Virus record (IMG/VR): IMGVR_UViG_3300035703_000010
Location: 124,001-188,000 of that record
Strand: one strand, 5' to 3'
DNA length: 64,000 nucleotides
This document shows, piece after piece, positions 26,312 through 35,514 of the stretch. A program made the position numbers and the translations under genes. The stretch's first letter is position 1; the number at the start of each line of letters is the position of its first letter. The notes beneath the pieces were generated by a model that worked only from the letters and a program-made list of their open reading frames with translations, searched no databases and was not told the DNA's origin.

Positions 26312-29005
26312 ATGACTACAAAAGTTCCTTCACGATTCGTAGGCCTTCACAGCCACTCGGGGTTTAGTACCTTTGATGGACTTGATTATCCGCAAGAACA
26401 CATCGATTACGTTCTAGAGAACGGTATGGATGCCTGGTCGTTGACTGACCATGGTCACATGAACGGATTCTGCCATGCATATCTTCATGCCGAGAAGATG
26501 AAAAAATCAGGTAAGAACTTCAAGTTCATTCCTGGCTGCGAGATGTACGTCCATCCTGATCTAAAACAATGGCAGATCGATCTCGATAAGTCGAGAGAAA
26601 AACCGATCAAGGACGAATCTATCCTCACACCCCTCGCTGCGATCGTTGACGGTAACGATGAAACGACTGACATCGGTACCGATGAAGCCGCATTGACCAT
26701 CGAAAACGAGGAGGAAACAAAATCAGGCAAGTACAACGACCCGATCAAACGTCGGCATCATCTCGTTGTCCTACCGAAAACATCAATTGGCCTACAAAGG
26801 TTATTCCATCTAGTTTCTCGAGGTTATTTGGAGGGCTTCTATAGGTTCCCACGAGTTGATTATGCGATGTTGAAGGAAGCCGCAAAGGGAGGTCATCTCA
26901 TGATTTCAACAGCATGCCTAGGTGGTGTGCTGAGCTATGACGTCTTCTCAAAGGTTCAACGCGTCAAGTTCGATGACCTATCACACAAACTTCTTGATGA
27001 TAGGAGCTTGCTTGAGTCAACCTTGCTTGAGATGGGTAACACATATGACAAATTGGTTAATGCTGTAGGACGAGACAATGTTTGCCTTGAGCTACAATTC
27101 AACAAACTTCCAGCCCAACATCTTGTTAACCGCGCAATTCTTGAATTTGCGAAGAAGAATTCATTGACTGATCGACTCGTTGTAACTTGCGATTCTCATT
27201 ATTCTCGTCCAGACAACTGGAAAGAGCGTGAGATCTACAAGAAGCTAGGATGGCTTAATTACCAAAACTTCGATCCGAACATGCTGCCGAAGTCGAAGGA
27301 CGATCTGAAGTGCGAGTTGTATCCAAAGAACGCACCTCAGGTCTGGGATTCCTACCTGTCCACGTCTGAAGACATGTCATTCTATGATGATGATGTTGTT
27401 CGTGAAGCAATCGAGCGGACTCATGACATCGTCCACAATGAAATCGGCGATATCCATCCTGATAAGGAGATGAAGCTACCATCCTACGTCATCCCTGAAG
27501 GATTCACTGAAGATAAAGCATTGGTCGATGCATGTAAGAAAGGTCTCATTTGGCGAGGGCTCGATGACAAGCCTGAGTACATCGAACGTATCAAGTATGA
27601 GCTATCGATCATCAAAGGTAAGAAGTTCTCACGCTACTTCTTGACGATGAAGGCGATCATGGATTTGGCACGAGAACATATGTTGATCGGGCCAGGTCGC
27701 GGATCTGCTGCAGGTTCTCTCGTTGCTTATGTTCTTGGTGTTACTAACCTTGACCCTATTGAATACGACTTATCATTTGAACGCTTCCTTAACCCATCTC
27801 GACAAGGCGCTCCTGATATCGATTCTGACATTGGAGATCGCGATAAACTAATCGAGCTCATGCGCGAAAACTTTGGTAATAACAATGTTATCCCAATTTC
27901 TAACTACAATACTTTTAAGTTAAAGAGCCTCATTAAAGACATCGCGCGGTTCTACAACATCCCATTTGAAGAAGTCAATGCAGCCTTAGCTCCCGTTGAA
28001 GATGACGTAAAGAAAGAGGTCTTTAAGCCAGGAGTTGATAAGAATCTTTTCGTCTTGACTTATGAAGATGCGATGAAGTATTCAAAGTCGATGCAAGACT
28101 TCGTCGCAGCGCATCCAGAGGTTGCAGAACCTATCGAGATCTTATTCAAACAAAACCGATCTCTCGGCCGACATGCGGGTGGCGTCATCGTGTCGGAGAA
28201 CGTTGCAGAGAGGATGCCTCTTATTCTTGCTCGTGGCGAACCTCAAACCCCATGGGTCGAAGGTATGCACTATAAACACCTAGAAGAGTTCGGCTGGATC
28301 AAATTCGATCTACTAGGTCTTGAAACCCTGCGCATTATCGAACGAGCTATCTACCTGATTCTGCAACGTCGAGAAGGTGTAGCAAATCCAACATTTAAGG
28401 ATGTGAAGGCTTGGTTCGACAAGCATATGGATCCTAAGAATATCGATCTCAATGATCAAAGGGTGTATGAATACGTTTATCATGAGGGACGATTTGCTGG
28501 TGTGTTCCAGTGTACGCAACCTGGTGCTCAACGATTGTTCACTAAGGCAAAGCCTCGCAGCATCATCGACATTGCAACTTTGACATCGATCTATCGTCCT
28601 GGTCCTCTAGCGGCCAATGTCGATAAGATCTATATCGGCGCCAAGAACGAACCTGATAAGATCGATTACCAGCACCCTTTGATCAAGAAGGTGCTTGAGT
28701 CTACATACGGATGTTTACATGGATCAACTGTTATTACAACTGATATTGGAGATATTACGATTGAAAAAATCGTAGAAGATCAGTTAGTCGGAACAAAATT
28801 GCCATCTTTTAACGAAGAATCTTGCGAGATTGAACAAGACGAAATTGTTGCTGCAGTTTGCACTGGCGTTCAAGAGACTCTAACGATTGAACTTGAAGAT
28901 GGAAAAACTATTCGTTTAACATCAGATCATAGAGTGTACACAACTAGAGGCTGGGTCGAGGCTGGAGATTTGACTGCAGAAGACGAAATTTTTGGAATTG
29001 AATAG
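26312..29005 (+). CDS. dnaE: DNA polymerase III alpha, N-terminal part, fused to the N-half of a split intein
   Basis: PHP domain (HSHS, TDHG, GCE, DSHY), GPGRGSAAGS, catalytic PDIDSD, KFDLLGL, RPGP. Ends STYG|CLHGST (IntN from residue 801). Confidence 0.95.
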   Translation: MTTKVPSRFVGLHSHSGFSTFDGLDYPQEHIDYVLENGMDAWSLTDHGHMNGFCHAYLHAEKMKKSGKNFKFIPGCEMYVHPDLKQWQIDLDKSREKPIKDESILTPLAAIVDGNDETTDIGTDEAALTIENEEETKSGKYNDPIKRRHHLVVLPKTSIGLQRLFHLVSRGYLEGFYRFPRVDYAMLKEAAKGGHLMISTACLGGVLSYDVFSKVQRVKFDDLSHKLLDDRSLLESTLLEMGNTYDKLVNAVGRDNVCLELQFNKLPAQHLVNRAILEFAKKNSLTDRLVVTCDSHYSRPDNWKEREIYKKLGWLNYQNFDPNMLPKSKDDLKCELYPKNAPQVWDSYLSTSEDMSFYDDDVVREAIERTHDIVHNEIGDIHPDKEMKLPSYVIPEGFTEDKALVDACKKGLIWRGLDDKPEYIERIKYELSIIKGKKFSRYFLTMKAIMDLAREHMLIGPGRGSAAGSLVAYVLGVTNLDPIEYDLSFERFLNPSRQGAPDIDSDIGDRDKLIELMRENFGNNNVIPISNYNTFKLKSLIKDIARFYNIPFEEVNAALAPVEDDVKKEVFKPGVDKNLFVLTYEDAMKYSKSMQDFVAAHPEVAEPIEILFKQNRSLGRHAGGVIVSENVAERMPLILARGEPQTPWVEGMHYKHLEEFGWIKFDLLGLETLRIIERAIYLILQRREGVANPTFKDVKAWFDKHMDPKNIDLNDQRVYEYVYHEGRFAGVFQCTQPGAQRLFTKAKPRSIIDIATLTSIYRPGPLAANVDKIYIGAKNEPDKIDYQHPLIKKVLESTYGCLHGSTVITTDIGDITIEKIVEDQLVGTKLPSFNEESCEIEQDEIVAAVCTGVQETLTIELEDGKTIRLTSDHRVYTTRGWVEAGDLTAEDEIFGIE
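28712..29005 (+). mobile_element. Split intein N-part (IntN, 97 aa)
   Basis: Starts with Cys1 (CLHGSTVI), has block B IRLTSDHRVYTTRGW, then a TAG stop with no block F/G. Confidence 0.93.
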
Positions 29006-29048
29006 ACATATGGGTATATTTATCTTCCAAGAAAGAGGCTCTTGGAAG

Positions 29049-29954
29049 ATGAGAACTTGTGAATGTTGTGATAAAAAATTTGTTTATACAGGACCAAAAG
29101 GAAAAAATTATCCCGCAAAGACTTGCAGCGCAGAATGTTATAAGATATTAAGATCAAAAAAAATATCTCAATCAAACATCGATAGAAGGATACACGAAAA
29201 AGTAGAAAAGATTTGCGAAATTTGTGGTACGATAATCATAACAAATGATACAGAGAACCAACGCATAACTTGCTCTAAGAAATGTCATTCTAAGAGATTA
29301 TCGAAATTATACGCAGGAAGAAAAATAACTGAAGAGTGGCGACAAAATCAGAATAAGTCAAAGACTAAAGACAAAATTGTAAAGCATGGAGATTTTTCAT
29401 GTGATAAATGTCAAAAACATTTTGATACCAACACTTCGCTTAGATCTCATAGATCATATTGTACTCCTGGAAATGAAGGTCATATTTGTTGCGAAATATG
29501 CAATAAGAGTTTTTCTACGCGAGGGTACAAGATCCATTTTAAGAGTCATGATTTAATATGGAGATCGAAGACTACAAGTTCTCTTCAAAAATCTCTACTA
29601 ACAAGAACGAAATGTCAGACTACCTCTAAATCAGAGTTAGAATTTTTTGAAAAATTAAAGTCTTTGTTGGGTGATGATGTTGTACACAAGTTTAAAATTG
29701 AAGGAATTACTCATGAATATGATTTTTTTGTTCCTTCAAAAAATGTTATCATAGAGTTTGATGGTGATTATTGGCATGGCAATAAGAAGCTATACGAGTT
29801 ATCTTCTAGAATGAAACGTCAATATCAGATTGATAAAGTGTGGAATGAAAAAGCAATAGCTGCTGGGTATAGAATAATAAGAGTTTGGGCATCAGAGTCA
29901 AAAGATTTTAAGTTGGAAAATTATGTTAACACCCTTGAAAATAAAGTCGATTAA
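29049..29954 (+). mobile_element. Free-standing Vsr/DUF559-like homing endonuclease with N-terminal zinc fingers, lying between the intein halves
   Basis: C-terminal SKSELEF...YDFFVPSKNVIIEFDGDYWHG. N-terminal CxxC..CS..C motifs and C2H2-like fingers. ATG at 29049 after RBS AGAGG. Confidence 0.85.
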
Positions 29955-31206
29955 ACGTGACGTACCTGCAAAAGTTTATGATATTCAAACCAAGAAAAAT
30001 CATAACTTCATTGCAAATGGCTTCTTAGTTCATAATTGCATAATTTTTCAAGAGCAAACTATGAAGTTATGTTCTGTCGTTGCTGGGTTCCCGGAGGCTG
30101 AAACTGACACGATTCGTAGAAACATCATGAAGCGTTCTGCGTCTAAAAAGGATGCAGCTGCTGCAGACGCGAAGAAGGCAAAAGAAGACTTCGTCGCCGG
30201 AGCGATGAAGAACGGTGTGCCTGAAAAGGTGGCTGATGAACTATACGAGAAGATTCTCTTCTTCTCTGGCTACGGCTTTAACGCTTCTCACGCAGTGTCT
30301 TACGCAATTGATTCATATTACTGTGCCTGGCTTCTCACCTACTTTGAGGAGGAATGGCTATGCGCTTACCTCGAGTCGATGTCAGGAAATGATGAAAAGC
30401 GTGCTAAGGCATTCTCTGAAGTCAAGGCATTAGGTTACAAGATCGTCAACATCGACATCAACTATGCAACGAAGAGCTGGACGATCCTGGATGGTAAACG
30501 ATTCATGCCTAGCTTCCTTTCATGTAAGGGTGTAGGGGAATCCGCAGTAGAAGAAATCATGGAAAATCGTCCGTATAAATCAGTGGAAGATATGTTATGG
30601 AATGAGGATGGGTCATGGAGGCATTCCAAGTTCAATAAACGTGCCTTGGAGGCCCTCATTGCAATTAAGGCATTTGATTCTCTTGATTGTATCGGTCATG
30701 ATAGGACTTTCACCGGATACAAACACATGAGTGAGATCTTGATCAACAGAAACGGCGATATCAAGAAACATACAAAGAAGAATCCGACTGCAGGAATCGA
30801 AGCATTCCGTGAAGCTTTGATCGATACGAAGAACATGGATGAATGGTCCAGATCAGAATTGGTAGATAACAGCATAAAGTATCTCGGTTCATTCAACGCT
30901 GCGATGCTGATGCCAGAAGAGATCTTACAAAAGCTTGAGAGCAGAGGAGTCAAGTCTGTTGATGATTTATCTGAAAGCGACATCTATTGGTTTATCGTTT
31001 CTGATACAAAGCCTAAGAAAACGAAGACAGGAAAAAACTATTTGTTGTTAACGATTACTGGGCTTGGAGGACAAAACCATAGGTTGTTCTGTTGGGGATG
31101 GAATGGCGAAACAGAAATTCCCAAGTACAGCGTTTGCCTTTCAGAAATCACCGTAGATGGCTACGGTAATAAAACTTTCATGAGTAAGATTAAAGTCCTT
31201 GATTGA
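29923..31206 (+). CDS. dnaE: Split intein C-part (38 aa, 29923-30036) fused to the DnaE C-terminal part
   Basis: MLTPLKIKSIK...VYDIQTKKNHNFIANGFLVHN|CIIFQEQ, then DnaE motifs YGFNASHAVSY and HhH KGVGESAV. Confidence 0.95.
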   Translation: MLTPLKIKSIKRDVPAKVYDIQTKKNHNFIANGFLVHNCIIFQEQTMKLCSVVAGFPEAETDTIRRNIMKRSASKKDAAAADAKKAKEDFVAGAMKNGVPEKVADELYEKILFFSGYGFNASHAVSYAIDSYYCAWLLTYFEEEWLCAYLESMSGNDEKRAKAFSEVKALGYKIVNIDINYATKSWTILDGKRFMPSFLSCKGVGESAVEEIMENRPYKSVEDMLWNEDGSWRHSKFNKRALEALIAIKAFDSLDCIGHDRTFTGYKHMSEILINRNGDIKKHTKKNPTAGIEAFREALIDTKNMDEWSRSELVDNSIKYLGSFNAAMLMPEEILQKLESRGVKSVDDLSESDIYWFIVSDTKPKKTKTGKNYLLLTITGLGGQNHRLFCWGWNGETEIPKYSVCLSEITVDGYGNKTFMSKIKVLD

Positions 31207-31217
31207 AGAGGTATAAT

Positions 31218-31739
31218 ATGGGAATGGTTATTTTATTTGACGGGCCTGACAAGGTCGGTAAAACTGAAATGGTCAAAGAACTTTCTAAAAGGCTAAACGT
31301 TCCTTCGTTTAAGAATGAATCTGAATGGAAAGCTTTTTCTGATGATCCTGATTATTTCGTTAACGCTTTAAGATACGGTGATCCATACTTTTATAATTTT
31401 CTAAAATCTACAGGGACATCAGTCATTCTAGATAGATCATATCCTTCAGAATGGGTGTACTCTAAAGTTTACGGAAGAAAGACTGATCAAGAAGCGTTGA
31501 GGCATATCGACTCTTTGGCTGCATCGTTTGGAGTAAAGATTATTGTTCCATATCGTACTTCTTACGATGGATTGCATGATGATATGCATGACATAGATTC
31601 TGAACAAATGAAAAAGATTTCAGACGTTTATATCGAGTTTATTGAATGGACGAAGTGTAATGTCCTACGTCTGTGTGTAGATTCAGAAGACCTTGATTGG
31701 GAAATGAAAACCATTCTAAAATTTATTGGGAAAAATTGA
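31218..31739 (+). CDS. Second deoxynucleoside-monophosphate kinase (thymidylate-kinase-like)
   Basis: P-loop FDGPDKVGKT and ILDRSYPSEWVY. Confidence 0.8.
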   Translation: MGMVILFDGPDKVGKTEMVKELSKRLNVPSFKNESEWKAFSDDPDYFVNALRYGDPYFYNFLKSTGTSVILDRSYPSEWVYSKVYGRKTDQEALRHIDSLAASFGVKIIVPYRTSYDGLHDDMHDIDSEQMKKISDVYIEFIEWTKCNVLRLCVDSEDLDWEMKTILKFIGKN

Positions 31740-31743
31740 TATT

Positions 31744-32769
31744 ATGAAACTAGGAATCAGTTATTGGGGATTTTGTGAGCCATTTGAAGCATCTAAAGAG
31801 GCAAAGACTCCTGATGGTCATCGTTACGGTCGGCCTATCATGGTAGATGCCTTACTTAATCAAGGGCATGAAGTGTATGCGCTGCAGGAAAGAAGAGAAT
31901 CTACTCCATATCCTGGAATCACATATGACATGGGATTTCCTGATATTGACGTTCTATTTGTAGAATGGCGTTGGAAGACATACAAGAATTCTGGACCAAA
32001 CAAGTTTGAAAAAGATTTGGACAGACAGTTTGAACTATTGACTCATTATCATGGAAAGATTCCTGTCGTTATTTGGGATTGTGATTATAAAGTCACACAC
32101 TTAGATGAAATGATGTGGCCTGAAGCGATTATCGCAGATCCAGCTTTTGAGCCCAGGTATCTTACAAGAAAACGAGAAAGAATAATGTTCTGGACGGATT
32201 GGAAAAAGCTTCTTCCAGCTGTTTCTACATCATTTGAATATGGGTATGTAGGAAATAACTATGAGCGTCCTCAAGCTTTTGAAAAGTATTATTCTTTTCC
32301 GTCGTCGACTCTTCGCAATTATGGAATTCAAACGACAGTTCATGGAAATTGGTTGGAAGTTTCACCAGAAAGAGAATCTCCGAAAGTATTGATTTCTTCT
32401 CACCCTAGTATTTCATTTGCTCAAAGATTGAATTTCTATGAATCGATGAAGAGATTAAACTCATTTATTTGTACGACACATATTACAAAACCAGAATATG
32501 CTCAAAGAGGTTTTGCTTCTCCTAGATATGTTGAGAATATCGTTTCGAACGTGCCAGCTTTGGTTCCAAAAGAATTTTTGAAGTCGAATCTATTAGGGAA
32601 AGACTGGGCAGTTGAAGGTGGAGATTCTGTCATTGAAAAAGTCAAATTAATTTTTTCAATGAATTTAGAAGAAAGAAATTCGTTAATTTTAGAACAGGAA
32701 AATAATTTAAAATCTAGCGGTGTATTTTCAGTAAGTAATGTTGTAGATTTTCTTGAGTCGGTTAAGTGA
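31744..32769 (+). CDS. GT-B glycosyltransferase, T4 beta-glucosyltransferase-like
   Basis: The C-terminal half YGYVGNNYER...TTVHGNW...KPEYAQRGFASPRYVENIVSNVPALVPKEF resembles, from memory, T4 BGT IYGG..R...EFFGN...KNYNDNFITLRVWETMASDAVMLIDEEF. Confidence 0.65.
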   Translation: MKLGISYWGFCEPFEASKEAKTPDGHRYGRPIMVDALLNQGHEVYALQERRESTPYPGITYDMGFPDIDVLFVEWRWKTYKNSGPNKFEKDLDRQFELLTHYHGKIPVVIWDCDYKVTHLDEMMWPEAIIADPAFEPRYLTRKRERIMFWTDWKKLLPAVSTSFEYGYVGNNYERPQAFEKYYSFPSSTLRNYGIQTTVHGNWLEVSPERESPKVLISSHPSISFAQRLNFYESMKRLNSFICTTHITKPEYAQRGFASPRYVENIVSNVPALVPKEFLKSNLLGKDWAVEGGDSVIEKVKLIFSMNLEERNSLILEQENNLKSSGVFSVSNVVDFLESVK

Positions 32770-32776
32770 GGAAAAA

Positions 32777-33772
32777 ATGAAAGTATTAATTACAGGTATT
32801 GCTGGTCTTCTTGGTGCAAACTTTTCTCGTTATTTGCTTGATAAAGGCTATAAAGTAGTTGGAATCGATGATTTAAGCGGCGGGTATGAAGATTCAGTAC
32901 CAAAGGATGCTACTTTTTATAAGCTTGACTTGACCGACCAAAAGAAGGTTGACGAGATTTTTAACGCAGAAAAGCCTGATTACGTTTTTCATTTTGCAGC
33001 ATATGCAGCTGAAGGTCTTAGTCCATTCATAAGAAATTACAATTACACAAATAATGTATTAGCTTCAACCAATGTAATCAACGCTTGCGTAAATCATGAT
33101 GTAAAGAAAATCATCTTTACGTCGTCAATGGCTGTTTATGGAGTAGGAAATCCTCCATTTACCGAAGAGCAACTACCAACGCCTGAAGATCCATATGGTA
33201 TTGCAAAATATGCAGTTGAAATGGATCTGAAGTTGGCTCATGAAATGTTTGGTCTTCGATACAGCATTGTTCGACCGCACAATGTAGTTGGAATCTACCA
33301 GAACATTTGGGATCGTTATCGCAACGTAATTGGAATTTGGATTCGAAAAGCAATGAATGGCGAACCACTTTCGATTTTTGGAGATGGTACACAAGTTCGA
33401 GCATTTTCAGACATTAAGTTTTATTTGGAACCATTTGAAAAATTAATGGATTCTTACGATGGAGAAATCTTCAACATCGGTGCTGACAAACATTACACAA
33501 TTAATGAAGCTGCAGACACAGTAATCGGCGTTGCAAAAGAGCTAGGAATTAACGCAACTAAAGTTCATCTAGAAAAGAGGAATGAAGTTCATACAGCATA
33601 TTGTGATCATACTAAGGCTCATAAGCTCTTGTCTTTTGAGGACAAAACAGATTTGCGAGAAACCGTTATGAAGATGTTTAAGTGGGCCATGGAACAGCCA
33701 AATCGTCCTACAAAGAGCATGAACTATGAAATTGAAAAGAACATGTATTCTTTTTGGAAGAACACAAAATGA
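32777..33772 (+). CDS. NAD-dependent NDP-sugar epimerase/dehydratase
   Basis: ITGIAGLLG, FTSSMAVYG, catalytic YGIAK, GDGTQVRAF. Confidence 0.92.
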   Translation: MKVLITGIAGLLGANFSRYLLDKGYKVVGIDDLSGGYEDSVPKDATFYKLDLTDQKKVDEIFNAEKPDYVFHFAAYAAEGLSPFIRNYNYTNNVLASTNVINACVNHDVKKIIFTSSMAVYGVGNPPFTEEQLPTPEDPYGIAKYAVEMDLKLAHEMFGLRYSIVRPHNVVGIYQNIWDRYRNVIGIWIRKAMNGEPLSIFGDGTQVRAFSDIKFYLEPFEKLMDSYDGEIFNIGADKHYTINEAADTVIGVAKELGINATKVHLEKRNEVHTAYCDHTKAHKLLSFEDKTDLRETVMKMFKWAMEQPNRPTKSMNYEIEKNMYSFWKNTK

Positions 33773-34548
33773 TCACGAATTTATCTTTTCCTGAAAATTT
33801 AAAAGATAGAGAGAAATTTATTTTTGATCAAGTTTTGTTAGGAAACTTTGATGCTTCATGGGTTCCTTTAACCTATGATATTTCTGGTAAAAAAGTTATT
33901 TTGAACGTTATGTCAGACGCGCTAAAAGTTGGAGGAATTAGAGTAAACGTCTCTGCGTTCCTCCAACAACAGCTAGCAGATGTTTTTGATGCTTCTTTGT
34001 TAACTGCGTTAGTTGCAGATTTGATGTACGTTCACGCGTCGAATATCCTAAATCCAGTTCCACAACCGATATCATCAACAGTGTCTTCTATGATATCTCA
34101 TGATGATAAAGTGACTAAACAATTGAAGTCTTATAATGGCGGAATAGTTTCTACAGTGGGAAAACATTGGATTTTAGATAAAAAAATAGATCAGCAACCT
34201 AGTAAAGCTTGCAATTATGGATGGCATTTTACAGGATCTAATTTTCAAGGAATTAATGGATTTCCTTCTACAACATTACAAAAAACGTTAGATGGTAAAC
34301 CAATCAAAGTGATTCAGCCGAATGCTACTGCTCATGATGCAAAGCATTCTGATTATTCACAAATTTGTCAATTGGTTTCTCAACAATGTTGGATTAATGG
34401 AGTAGAACATAGATTTTCTGATCTATTGCAAGATTCTTCATTGTGTAATTTGGTCAACCACAATGGTACATTAAAAAATACTAGACAACCTGGAGTTCAA
34501 AAGATTTCTGGCCAAGTTGTGTTATTTCCAACAACAATTTCACCTTGA
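33769..34548 (+). CDS. Hypothetical protein
   Basis: 259-aa ORF coupled (ATGA overlap) to the epimerase. Conserved-looking VGKHW, NYGWH and HSDYSQ motifs. Confidence 0.6.
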   Translation: MITNLSFPENLKDREKFIFDQVLLGNFDASWVPLTYDISGKKVILNVMSDALKVGGIRVNVSAFLQQQLADVFDASLLTALVADLMYVHASNILNPVPQPISSTVSSMISHDDKVTKQLKSYNGGIVSTVGKHWILDKKIDQQPSKACNYGWHFTGSNFQGINGFPSTTLQKTLDGKPIKVIQPNATAHDAKHSDYSQICQLVSQQCWINGVEHRFSDLLQDSSLCNLVNHNGTLKNTRQPGVQKISGQVVLFPTTISP

Positions 34549-34555
34549 GGATATT

Positions 34556-34753
34556 ATGCCAACTTATGAATATCAATGCGAATCTTGTTCATTTTTTATG
34601 GAAAAAGTTCAATCAATAAAGGATGATCCTCTATCTGATTGTCCTCATTGTAATAAAAACTGCTTAAAACGCTTGATTTCAGTAGGAGGAGGATTTACTT
34701 TAAAGGGTGGAGGTTGGTACAAGGATCTTTATTCTTCTACTCCTTCGAAGTAG
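34556..34753 (+). CDS. FmdB-family zinc-ribbon protein
   Basis: MPTYEYQCESC...CPHC...LKRLIS..GFTLKGGGWY. Confidence 0.9.
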   Translation: MPTYEYQCESCSFFMEKVQSIKDDPLSDCPHCNKNCLKRLISVGGGFTLKGGGWYKDLYSSTPSK

Positions 34754-35456
34754 ATCCCAACTTTTTTACGATGTTTCTGCTTGTTCTAGCAGCAGGATGA
34801 GATGGTTTAATTAAATTATGTTCGTCTTCATCAATTTTTGACTCAAATTTAGGTTTGATTTCTCCTGTCTCACAATTCAATATTATGTTGTATCCACCTT
34901 TTCCAAGCTTTAAAGGCTCAGTTAATGTGGATAGATAATCATATCTTCCTGCATTTATCATTTCTTTGTCAAACCATTGTTCTAGAACGAAATTAGAAAC
35001 GCTGACATTAGTACCATTGACATTAATTTCATATGAATTGCTTTCAACAGGATCACATAATTCAACAGCTACAAATGTTTCGTCTCCTCTATGCGACCAT
35101 AAATTGATATAAGGATTATAAAAAGTTTCAAGTATTTCATGAGAAAGAACTACGGAGACGGATTTTGATCCAGATAATACCGTTCCTCCATTGTCTAAAA
35201 CAGGATTAACAAAAACTCTACCCCAAACTTTTCCATCTGGGTCTTGTGTGTGGTATCCTAATGCGCTAGCATGATCTGAATCATCCATTATCACCATTGG
35301 AAATCCATCGTTGCCTTCTATTTTTATTTCCCATGGTAGTCTTCCTAAAATAGGACATGCATGATCTCTAAGTTGAATTCTGCACGCCTCGACCATAAGT
35401 TCGACATCTTGAGGAGATATTCTGTTTGATTTGTTTATGACGTTGAAAGTTTTCAT
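34737..35456 (-). CDS. Putative zinc metallopeptidase-like protein
   Basis: ALGYH...SHEILE...ELCDPVE metal-binding pattern. Confidence 0.55.
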   Translation of the reverse strand: MKTFNVINKSNRISPQDVELMVEACRIQLRDHACPILGRLPWEIKIEGNDGFPMVIMDDSDHASALGYHTQDPDGKVWGRVFVNPVLDNGGTVLSGSKSVSVVLSHEILETFYNPYINLWSHRGDETFVAVELCDPVESNSYEINVNGTNVSVSNFVLEQWFDKEMINAGRYDYLSTLTEPLKLGKGGYNIILNCETGEIKPKFESKIDEDEHNLIKPSHPAARTSRNIVKKLGSTSKE

Positions 35457-35514
35457 AGATATTCATAATTAACAATGAACTTTTAAAATAAAAAAGCGTA
35501 ATATAGGAAATGTT

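Noticed and set aside
26312-31206. dnaE as a frameshifted pseudogene
   Set aside because: The break is bounded by complete IntN and IntC motifs, and splicing restores the conserved TYG-C-IIFQEQ sequence.
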